This document shows, piece by piece, positions 9,301 through 16,615 of a stretch of 64,000 nucleotides of DNA. The notes under the pieces are model-generated. The model was not told the origin of the DNA, made no database searches, and saw only the letters and a list, made by a program, of their open reading frames with translations. The stretch's first letter is position 1, and each line of letters opens with the position of its first letter. The position numbers and the translations under genes were made by a program. Source of the stretch: a virus. Location of the stretch: IMG/VR virus record IMGVR_UViG_3300021977_000001; one strand, 5' to 3'.

Positions 9301-10352
9301 TCTAACGAACCTTCACCATGCGGGTTAGGGATACGTGTGAATTGATCGGCAAGTTTAACCATGCGGCGATATTCGGCACCTGACAACACCCCAGCATCCG
9401 CTAGCTCGTTAGCCTGGCTAACAATAGCATCAGTACGTCGCTCGGCTAACGGTTTAATAGTAGGCGTGCCTGCGATAGCATCGTCTACTTCCTGCTCATG
9501 ATCGTTAGCAGTTATAACGGTACGGCGTTCAAACATCGCCATATAGAAACGGCGTAGCTTATCGTTAAGGTCGGTATCTGTCTCTTTCCATTCAACGAGG
9601 TTAGCTAGCGATAAAACCACCCATTGACCTGACTCAATAAAGACTAGGTTAATGCGGGATAGTACCTCTGATGGTACTTTACCTAACATGGTTACGCCCA
9701 TCTCGCCACTTAACCACAAATAAAGGTCTAGATAAGTTAATGATGCGTTTTCTTTAAATAGCGTCACTAACGTACGCGGCATCTCGCCCGGTGTCACCTT
9801 ACCCACAGCGCGTACAAGATCATCACGTTCAGGTAGGACTTTAGGTAAGCTAACTGGAATGTAATGTTGACGGTCTGTTTCTTTAGCTAGGTTAATGATT
9901 TCGCTATATAACGTAGTATGTAAGTTATAGTAGCGGTAATATGCAGCTAAAGCATGTTGACGATACTGATACACGCCTGTGAGTGAGGCATAGTTGCTAA
10001 CGATTAAGCTACGTGGATCACGTAGACCGCTTGCAAGACGGCGCAGTAAACGGTGCTTTCTAAACCGCTTGTGATAAGTCTGAACGCGCTGCTTATATAC
10101 ACCTCGATTAAGACGCGGTGCGCCTAACTCACTACTTAACGTCTCAATGTGGTGAATAAATACATCGCTGTCATGATTAAGGAGCAGTGGATCACGCGGA
10201 TCGATACCTATATCCGTAGACGCGGTAGGGAGGTAGTGAATAATACTATCGCGTGGTAGTTCGAGTTCTGATAGGGGAAAGGTCTTAGGGTTGACGAGGT
10301 GTTGAGGAGTTCTTACTCCATGTTCTCGGTAAAACGCGTCGTATAAAGACAT
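6378..10352 (-). CDS. rpoB: virion RNA polymerase beta subunit, N-terminal/large part (phiKZ gp178-like), 1324 aa
   Basis: Beta-like motifs MFHKNDLGVISESTPDS, RTNMTSVQHS, EDGSAIS, GDKL..GNNLKSVV and TPIDMIF..SISNR. Confidence 0.92.
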   Translation of the reverse strand: MSLYDAFYREHGVRTPQHLVNPKTFPLSELELPRDSIIHYLPTASTDIGIDPRDPLLLNHDSDVFIHHIETLSSELGAPRLNRGVYKQRVQTYHKRFRKHRLLRRLASGLRDPRSLIVSNYASLTGVYQYRQHALAAYYRYYNLHTTLYSEIINLAKETDRQHYIPVSLPKVLPERDDLVRAVGKVTPGEMPRTLVTLFKENASLTYLDLYLWLSGEMGVTMLGKVPSEVLSRINLVFIESGQWVVLSLANLVEWKETDTDLNDKLRRFYMAMFERRTVITANDHEQEVDDAIAGTPTIKPLAERRTDAIVSQANELADAGVLSGAEYRRMVKLADQFTRIPNPHGEGSLEDLASGSASITLTPPKDTLPEIKGVTDKSMLSTSVNAFHREYVKNVMPKDIAAMTLGIQQAGVAVTDYQVKRVVDAVDKYDMYTVKLTPVKGQPSTVRFKLPVVEEDGTFLAGGVKVRYRTQRADVPLRKTSASTVALTSYYGKTFVERSGKVVNDYGKWLVKHLTLKTLEDNSPLSDVAFADVMVTDVVLPRGYTAIAKEIRTFTYNNVLFTWDYPNRASVLNIDDVSAFETDGQVVIGKHGQYVYTLDRSEMVYRHKGETMEPIGELYEVIDITDGQPPIELATVKVFSKAIPVGVVLGFKLGLDNLIKRLGVEVKRVPVGTRVQLAPQEYRIVFADESLIVSRADREASLILGGFTSYKNAIKQYNVDDFNQPDVYFNIINEQGLSARFIQEMELMDTMFIDPITEEILQEMGEPTTFEGLLFRSVELVATDQHPKEMDSAFMRLRGYERFSGMVYKQMVEALREYRAKPMLSKASIDLNPKAVWLNVLQDESTELVETSNPVHNLKEHETLTFAGQGGRSTKTMVRRSRMFHKNDLGVISESTPDSAKVAITTYLTPDAKIRNLRGMTDHYTPGDGPAKYVSSVSLLSPGADRDSSKRTNMTSVQHSSGIQAVGYKSTPVRTGYEKVMAHRVDDLFAYTAKQDGKITAKDDATVTITYKDGTEVTKPIGTQYAKVADGSAKHVLKCDIAVGKTVKQGDVITYNEAFFEPDFFDPKQVSYKAGAMAKVVLMETSDTLEDGSAISPRLSQALSTPTVKTRAILVRFDQQVINLVKVGETLEADGILCTIEDGLTDDGALFDEETLASLQTLANNNPKAKLKGNVERIDVLYHGDKSDMSPTLQAIANRADRQRSQLAKQYKDGRATTGRVTEPVIIEKQRIELDHALIIVTLSSLTSQEAGDKLVLGNNLKSVVSRVLQGKHETKSGTPIDMIFAYQSISNRIALATEIIGTTNTLLEVGSKRALALYEGEE

Positions 10353-10368
10353 ACGCTTGCCTCTTTAG

Positions 10369-10833
10369 TTACTGCAATGGATCAAAGCGACGAAGCTGAG
10401 CCTCGACCATTGCAAGGGTAATCGGATGTGTCGTTGTATCGTTAATTAACTGTTGCCAGCGATACAAGCGTTCGTAATTGAAACGCAGTTTAAGGTAATC
10501 GATGGGGTTATGTCGTGTCTGTGTAAGGGTTAGGTTATAGTACAGATCTATTTCACCTTCCCCAATATCCACTGATGTAAGTTGAACCCAGAGCGCGTTA
10601 CCTGGAGCGGGTAGGTGATCTTTAAACGCATAAAGGTCCTTATCCGCCTCTACCAACCCTCGAAACTGATGAAGGGTGATAGAGGTTAATAAGGGAGCGA
10701 GGTATTGCATTTGACCTAAATGACTAATCAGACGTTGTTTAAAGGAAGACTGCTGGCTAGCATGTTTAAGCACACGGTGGCTCATCTCCCTGTGGTAACG
10801 CATAATTAATGCCTGGTGTCGATCATGATTCAT
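10369..10833 (-). CDS. hypothetical protein (154 aa)
   Basis: ORF in an overlapping minus-strand run. Confidence 0.65.
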   Translation of the reverse strand: MNHDRHQALIMRYHREMSHRVLKHASQQSSFKQRLISHLGQMQYLAPLLTSITLHQFRGLVEADKDLYAFKDHLPAPGNALWVQLTSVDIGEGEIDLYYNLTLTQTRHNPIDYLKLRFNYERLYRWQQLINDTTTHPITLAMVEAQLRRFDPLQ

Positions 10834-11413
10834 AGCGCGGTTTCAACAAAGCAAAATATCCTTTGTCCTCTACAACGTTCATACACGCCCGGTACGCTTT
10901 AAAATCCGTTTCAGTGATCGTGATGGATGACGGACCAGGTACGCCTTGTTCAGGCGTTACCATGGGACTAAAAGTATTAATCAAGGCCAAGCTTCGACGG
11001 TACGCTAACGCTAGGCTCATGATCTTTTCTTTTACTAACGCCCCTGCCACATACATCGTAGGGTAGGGAACCATCAGATAAACCCATTGACGTTTACCGC
11101 CTGCAATGACGGTATTAACGGTAAGAGGGTACATGTCTTTATTATCAGTGACTGGAAACGGACTAGCCTGGAGTATGTAGGGCGTGTCTTCTACACAACT
11201 TAACATGTCGTTAATCACCACATCAACATCAGTATCGTTATCCATATTCATCAACGTAGAGGTATAGGTTTCTAGATCGCTATAGAAGTGCGTCAATATA
11301 GGTAACATGACTTTATGTAGGTCGGTTATATGGTCAACGATGGCGTCCATGCCTTTATGCAGGTGTCTGTTGAAGTTCACCGCATCGGCGTGCTGGTAGG
11401 TATAATGATTCAT
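10823..11413 (-). CDS. hypothetical protein (196 aa)
   Basis: ORF in an overlapping minus-strand run. Confidence 0.7.
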   Translation of the reverse strand: MNHYTYQHADAVNFNRHLHKGMDAIVDHITDLHKVMLPILTHFYSDLETYTSTLMNMDNDTDVDVVINDMLSCVEDTPYILQASPFPVTDNKDMYPLTVNTVIAGGKRQWVYLMVPYPTMYVAGALVKEKIMSLALAYRRSLALINTFSPMVTPEQGVPGPSSITITETDFKAYRACMNVVEDKGYFALLKPRYES

Positions 11414-11416
11414 GCG

Positions 11417-11752
11417 CTAAGGGTCCTTTCTCGGAGGGACTAAGTGAATTAGTTTAAGGTCACGCGCCTTATGTAACACACTTAACATTAACCCTAGATA
11501 GACCGTCTCAATAGGCGTGTCGTCACTAAGGTCATACTTCTTTTGCCGTGCCTTTAAAATGTTACGTAACCTCTCTGCATGATTATAGCAGGTATGATAC
11601 TCATGTAAAGGACTTGCACCGATAAAGTTAAAGACTTTAACGCGTTTACTGGCGGTGAGGGTTTTGAGGGCTTCAATTAAATAATTTAAATGTTCGATGG
11701 CATCACCGATCCCAAGCGGTGTTTGGTCATCGCAGGCGATGGTGCGTCGCAT
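11417..11752 (-). CDS. hypothetical protein (111 aa)
   Basis: AAGGA RBS; TTATGAACCC upstream at 11779-11788. Confidence 0.7.
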   Translation of the reverse strand: MRRTIACDDQTPLGIGDAIEHLNYLIEALKTLTASKRVKVFNFIGASPLHEYHTCYNHAERLRNILKARQKKYDLSDDTPIETVYLGLMLSVLHKARDLKLIHLVPPRKDP

Positions 11753-12453
11753 AGTGTCATCCTTACGTGTTATGGGACGGGTTCATAACGATGCACTTTT
11801 CCTGAGGTTTTTTCTCGTTTAGTTAACATGGGCTAGGTTTACGTTTGGGTTTCCCTCTCTTCCCCCCGCGACCCCCCATCTCCACCCTTCCTCTCCTGGG
11901 GGGATTCTAATAATCCCCCCTTTGGGGGAATGGGGTTGTCGCTACGCTCCGCTCATACCTTATAAACGAGTATGTTACAAAATAATGACATAGCTAATAT
12001 TTAGTATATATTTAAAAATAACAAGTAATAATTATTTTAGAAATAGACGAAATTACAAGTAACCTATATTTAGGAATAAATACAAGTAACTAATCATTTA
12101 AAATTAAGAAATATAAACAAATTAATGAAATACAATCAACCAGACAAACAAATAGTTTTATAAATTAAAAATCAAATTTATTAAAACAGAAATTAGAAAC
12201 ACACAACAAGTAGGCAAATTTTGGACATCGCGTGAGCGGGCCGTGGCGGGGTTTTCCACCCAACCCTGTAGGTTGGTATAGGTTAGCCATTATACTATCT
12301 TTAAATAGAAATATAGACACACGTTAAGGCAAAAAAGAAAGAGAGGCAAGAAGGGCGTGACTGCCCCTTCCTGAACTCCCCTCTTCCTTTTACTATTACA
12401 AGACAAGAGTGCGTGACAAGTCTTGTAAATCGGCTAGCGTACTACCTTGTACT
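11753..12453. other. structured non-coding region, candidate replication origin or regulatory RNA locus
   Basis: Largest ORF-free gap in the window: C-rich/G-rich tracts at 11851-11935, an AT-rich core at ~11980-12210 with ACAAGTA repeats, and several inverted repeats. Confidence 0.5.
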
Positions 12454-13482
12454 TCATTTAGACATAGGGAACGTATAGCAGATTCTAGCATCACCTACTA
12501 CGGTTTCTATCTCTAAATTATCTAAAGCATCAACAATGATAGCAAGTGCACTTTCACGTTGTTTCTTATTACCCTTTAAAACGATGTCTTTATTCACCTT
12601 GTTGTTAAAGGTAAACGTGGTGATACTATCTTTGATATACATTGGAAGATAACTATTGATCAGACCAGAAGCCGTGTTTAGAAGGCTCCATTCAACTACT
12701 GTACGGATTATCTGAATGCAGAAGTACACGATAAGGTGCGCTGTCCTAGGTGCATTAGGGTCACATACTGCTTCGTAGTCAAACTGTTTAAGAGCGTAAA
12801 AGGTATCTATACTTTCTGAATATACATTCTTACCACGCAATGCGATGACGCGCTTAGTTAGTTCAATCAATGTATTCAAATCACTAGTAACCGCCTCTGA
12901 CTCATCTTTATCGTTAGAAGATGTGGATGTATTGTCGTTATCAGTATAACGAACGGCAGTAGTACCATAGAGACCATATAGATACAATGTGTCACCACGG
13001 AAGGTCGTTCCCATCCCTATTGCGTTGAACATGTCAATGATCAGCGACATTTCATCCGGTACGGATTTACCATAATGTCTGATAGTGTCTATGGCAGTGG
13101 TTTCATCGATGCTTTCTTTAGTACAAAACCACACATGTAGCATGGATGATAAGATATCGGATTCTTGATGCCACATGTTCTGCAGTTGTTTACCAAAACA
13201 GTCCCAGATATCTACTTCGGTAAGCGTAGATAGTTTAGACAATAACGCTGTTGCTAATTGCGCCCATAGCGCAGCATGGCGATTGCCCGACATGCTTTGA
13301 CAATAAATAACGTCTTGATTCAGACGTGTTGCGTATTTAATAATGGTTTCAATGCTCGCTGTCTCGGGATTACAGATAGTAGCAACGATGTGGTGATAGT
13401 GGTTAAGCGCAGTACGGACAATTAACTGCTGGTTAGACTTACTGCCATTTTGAGCAGGTGTAAATGGATAATGTTGTCTCAT
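12454..13482 (-). CDS. hypothetical protein (342 aa)
   Basis: Long ORF with AAGGA RBS; a low-complexity linker NTSTSSNDKDE suggests two domains. Confidence 0.8.
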   Translation of the reverse strand: MRQHYPFTPAQNGSKSNQQLIVRTALNHYHHIVATICNPETASIETIIKYATRLNQDVIYCQSMSGNRHAALWAQLATALLSKLSTLTEVDIWDCFGKQLQNMWHQESDILSSMLHVWFCTKESIDETTAIDTIRHYGKSVPDEMSLIIDMFNAIGMGTTFRGDTLYLYGLYGTTAVRYTDNDNTSTSSNDKDESEAVTSDLNTLIELTKRVIALRGKNVYSESIDTFYALKQFDYEAVCDPNAPRTAHLIVYFCIQIIRTVVEWSLLNTASGLINSYLPMYIKDSITTFTFNNKVNKDIVLKGNKKQRESALAIIVDALDNLEIETVVGDARICYTFPMSK

Positions 13483-13518
13483 TGGTTTGTTTCCTTGTTA
13501 TATTACATTAAGGGCTTT

Positions 13519-13548
13519 ACGGCATAGAGCAGGGACTACCGTCCCTGC
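13519..13548 (-). terminator. Hairpin overlapping a stop codon, plus TATGCCGT
   Basis: GCAGGGAC-TACC-GTCCCTGC at 13529-13548; ACGGCATA at 13519-13526. Confidence 0.75.
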
Positions 13549-14066
13549 TGTTTAAATATAGTTAAATACTCATTTACAATATCATAACCATACCCTACTC
13601 GCGGTAGAATATACTTTAAGATAGGATAGATCTTGTACCGACTAGCGTTAGCAATAGTCATTGTACTTCGATACTTGTCAATATCTACGATACTGTGGTC
13701 TTTGCTAATTGCATTGTTAATGAATGTGACATCAGGTATGGTACTTAACGTCTTAATAGCATCTACACGTTTTATTAGTAACTTAGGATTATGGTTACCT
13801 ATACCTTTATCGCGACAGGCCTGCAGTGTCCAAAATAGAATCAATGCTTTACCTTTGTGATAATTAGGTACACCTAAATTAGCAGTGAAATTAGTATACA
13901 ACGTATTAACTTCGTCATATAACGTTTCAATAATAAACGTAGCTTGTTTAGTGTGGGTGTATTCCCAACGGGTTATTGCGGTGATGATTTCTAAGAACCG
14001 ATCACGAAAACGCTGCTCTTCTTGATTTAACTTCACTGGCAGCTTATAACGACTTGACGTTACCAT
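13536..14066 (-). CDS. hypothetical basic protein (176 aa)
   Basis: AAGGA RBS upstream. Confidence 0.75.
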   Translation of the reverse strand: MVTSSRYKLPVKLNQEEQRFRDRFLEIITAITRWEYTHTKQATFIIETLYDEVNTLYTNFTANLGVPNYHKGKALILFWTLQACRDKGIGNHNPKLLIKRVDAIKTLSTIPDVTFINNAISKDHSIVDIDKYRSTMTIANASRYKIYPILKYILPRVGYGYDIVNEYLTIFKQQGR

Positions 14067-14180
14067 GTACTACATGTCCTTGCTTTACGGGGTAGTGAAT
14101 CTATTACAGTCTATGGCATGTAGACTATACACTTCAAGACTAAAGCGTCTCACATCATACCCTGTTTCATACGTACTTGG

Positions 14181-14480
14181 CTAAAAGACAATAATGCCTT
14201 TCTTAGTACACACCCCTCCTGTTACCCATCCAAACGCATCTGATTCTAACGGTTTAACTTTAATACCATTATCTTCAAAGATATTAATAGCATGGTAGTT
14301 AGGGTTGCCCTTTTCAGTAATGAATACAGAATCAATCAACGATCTAACTAACGGATAGTATCGATCTACAATATCACCTTGTAAATACTCTTCCTGTTGA
14401 ATACGATCATCATTGCCTAAAGAATTAACTTGATTAAAAAGATCATTGAGTTGAGCAGTGTAAGTGCTGTTAGCGTCCAT
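14181..14480 (-). CDS. hypothetical protein (~99 aa; start reassigned to MDANST)
   Basis: AGGA RBS before ATG 14480; the track's upstream extension overlaps a promoter-like GACCTATATTAT at 14522-14533. Confidence 0.7.
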   Translation of the reverse strand: MDANSTYTAQLNDLFNQVNSLGNDDRIQQEEYLQGDIVDRYYPLVRSLIDSVFITEKGNPNYHAINIFEDNGIKVKPLESDAFGWVTGGVCTKKGIIVF

Positions 14481-14586
14481 AGTAACTATTCCTAATAGAG
14501 TAAAAAGGTTATTGCCTAAAGATAATATAGGTCTCAAAAATACTACAACGGCATAGATAGGATGGCTGCCATCACCATCCTACTAC

Positions 14587-14838
14587 TTATGCACTTACTA
14601 CAGCAAACTTCCAACCAGACATATCATCATCACGGTGATCACAATCAGGATCGTTGATGTGAAGATTACATGCACGGTTAGTTTCGATCTTACCTGTAGG
14701 CATGATCCAGGTGGTACCGACGTCATGCGTCAAACCCTGCTTAACCAAAGCGCCACACTCACAGGTGTAAATTGCGATCTTTGGCATATGCGGGCCGGAC
14801 GTAAGCGTCATGGTCGATGAACACGATTTACATTTCAT
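14587..14838 (-). CDS. small Cys-rich (zinc-ribbon-like) protein (83 aa)
   Basis: CKSC, CECG and C..H...DCDH; AAGGAG RBS; followed by a hairpin and TATGCCGT (14548-14555). Confidence 0.7.
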   Translation of the reverse strand: MKCKSCSSTMTLTSGPHMPKIAIYTCECGALVKQGLTHDVGTTWIMPTGKIETNRACNLHINDPDCDHRDDDMSGWKFAVVSA

Positions 14839-14901
14839 GGCGCACTCCTTGGTTAATTTAATGAATAGAGACTCATGTAATAGGTAAACGCGTGTAAAAC
14901 C

Positions 14902-16524
14902 TTAAGCACGCGTAAGATTATACAAGGCCCAGTCTATTAGGTCGGTGCTTGCCTGTTGGAGACCTCCACGTGGATCGAGATAAGCCTCCTTACTATTCAA
15001 ATACTGCTCTACTTCATCTTTGGCTTTCTTATCGTAAAGATAGTTAACTGAGATCATATCACCGTCATAGTCCCCACCGAGCCCAATCAACCTAGAGCCA
15101 TGAACCATGGCACTGTCCATGTAACTATCACTGTGGTCGGTATTTGGCATCTCTTTAGCTAGTAAACGTTCTTCATCACGTTCCCATACGTCATTAAGTA
15201 CATGACGTACAAGACCGGTAGTCGTCGTTCTAAGGTATACTCTACTATAATAAGTAGAACCGATACCTGTTACCGGATAACGTGTTACCACGCATTTAAC
15301 ATCATTAAAACGTTCATAACAGCTTAGGTAAAACAACTCAGCCCAAGTAACAGGCCTAACATGACTTAAGTCACGATCATCCGGCATTTGATTGATGTCG
15401 TTAAAGATGCGTACTTCTTGACCATTATCGTAAATAAGACCAATATAATGACCGTTTACGGTAGCGTGTCTATTTCTAAAATGGCGGTCTTGGAATTGAT
15501 TAATTAATTGCTCAATACCTTCAGCACTACTCATTTTATCAATGGTAGCAGGATCCACATCAACAGTAACTAACTTAAGCGTTTTAGGATCGACTAGCCT
15601 AACACCGCTATCGCTTTGGCTGAACACCTCACCGATGAGTCCGTCTCGTATACAAAAGATAGAAAGAGGCAAACATCCTTTTAGGGTTTGAAATAGACCT
15701 ACCATGGTATCGTGTACGTCAGGCATCTTAGGATCGTCACTACTTACTGCAGAGGTTGTCATGGCTGAGATAACGTTACGTGTTCCATTGAAGATCTTAC
15801 GACGGCCCCATTTGCTTTGAATGAAACCACGCTTACCTTCGATCATGGTTCTAAGCGTTTCGTATATCTGATTAAACGCTAGTTGCATACTCCATCGTAC
15901 AGAGTTAAATAACTCACCGTCTAAATTACCCTGGGTGACGCTAATAGTTTTAGCAATACTCAGACATCTACGGTATAAATCGTTGATCTCGTCTTCTTTA
16001 ACCCGCCCACCGTCTGTATTTTCTAAATCACGTAACCCAGCAGGAATTACAATGAGATGCTTTACTGTTGCTACATCTTTGTACTTTTCAATAAGATCGA
16101 TTTTAAGATCACGTTTCTTAGACCGATTACGCTTTAACGTTAACGCTTTAAAATGTGACATAAAGAACGCATAGCCGGTTTTACCGTCTTGAGCATTCGA
16201 GGCTTCAAAGTCATTAATCTTATCATTCCATACGGCGTACGTTTTACCGCTTAGTATATTCTTATACAAAGCACGCATAGTTGTTAATGTTTTAAAGATT
16301 ACCGGATGCAAGACAGCAACCTTCATGTCTATAAACGCAAATTGATTATCACGACGCACCTCACCCATACGTCCAAAGATATCAGTAGAGTATAAACCTT
16401 CGGGGTGAAAGTTAAGATGGTCCTGACGCTCGTATATATCTAGCGAACGTATTTCAGGTAGAGATCGGGTAAAATTAACACTGGATAACAAATCAATGTT
16501 AAAGGGAAGTTTATCGACTGACAC
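14902..16524 (-). CDS. rpoC: virion RNA polymerase beta-prime N-terminal catalytic subunit (phiKZ gp180-like), 540 aa
   Basis: EGLYSTDIFG, IPAGLRD, INDLYRR, GKRGFIQSKWGRRK and TRYP motifs, plus the catalytic GGDYDGD (DxDGD). Confidence 0.93.
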   Translation of the reverse strand: MSVDKLPFNIDLLSSVNFTRSLPEIRSLDIYERQDHLNFHPEGLYSTDIFGRMGEVRRDNQFAFIDMKVAVLHPVIFKTLTTMRALYKNILSGKTYAVWNDKINDFEASNAQDGKTGYAFFMSHFKALTLKRNRSKKRDLKIDLIEKYKDVATVKHLIVIPAGLRDLENTDGGRVKEDEINDLYRRCLSIAKTISVTQGNLDGELFNSVRWSMQLAFNQIYETLRTMIEGKRGFIQSKWGRRKIFNGTRNVISAMTTSAVSSDDPKMPDVHDTMVGLFQTLKGCLPLSIFCIRDGLIGEVFSQSDSGVRLVDPKTLKLVTVDVDPATIDKMSSAEGIEQLINQFQDRHFRNRHATVNGHYIGLIYDNGQEVRIFNDINQMPDDRDLSHVRPVTWAELFYLSCYERFNDVKCVVTRYPVTGIGSTYYSRVYLRTTTTGLVRHVLNDVWERDEERLLAKEMPNTDHSDSYMDSAMVHGSRLIGLGGDYDGDMISVNYLYDKKAKDEVEQYLNSKEAYLDPRGGLQQASTDLIDWALYNLTRA

Positions 16525-16615
16525 AGGTAACCTCCTTAAGGGGTGATATGTCGTTAAATCTATGATACGTCACTATATAACGTAGACTTTTATTTTATTA
16601 CACTAGGGGTAGGCT

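Noticed and set aside
11753-12453. CRISPR mini-array, tRNA or group I intron in the non-coding gap
   Set aside because: Repeats are only 7-10 bp and irregularly spaced; no cloverleaf or intron P-Q-R-S core was recognised, and the flanking ORFs are not halves of one gene
13499-13506. TATATTAC on the plus strand
   Set aside because: It lacks the upstream CC seen in all other copies, points antisense to local genes and abuts the RBS region of the 342-aa gene; probably chance
6378-16524. Inteins or introns in the RNAP genes (known in some jumbo phages)
   Set aside because: The ORFs are continuous, of expected or shorter length, and no intein splice motifs or LAGLIDADG blocks were seen
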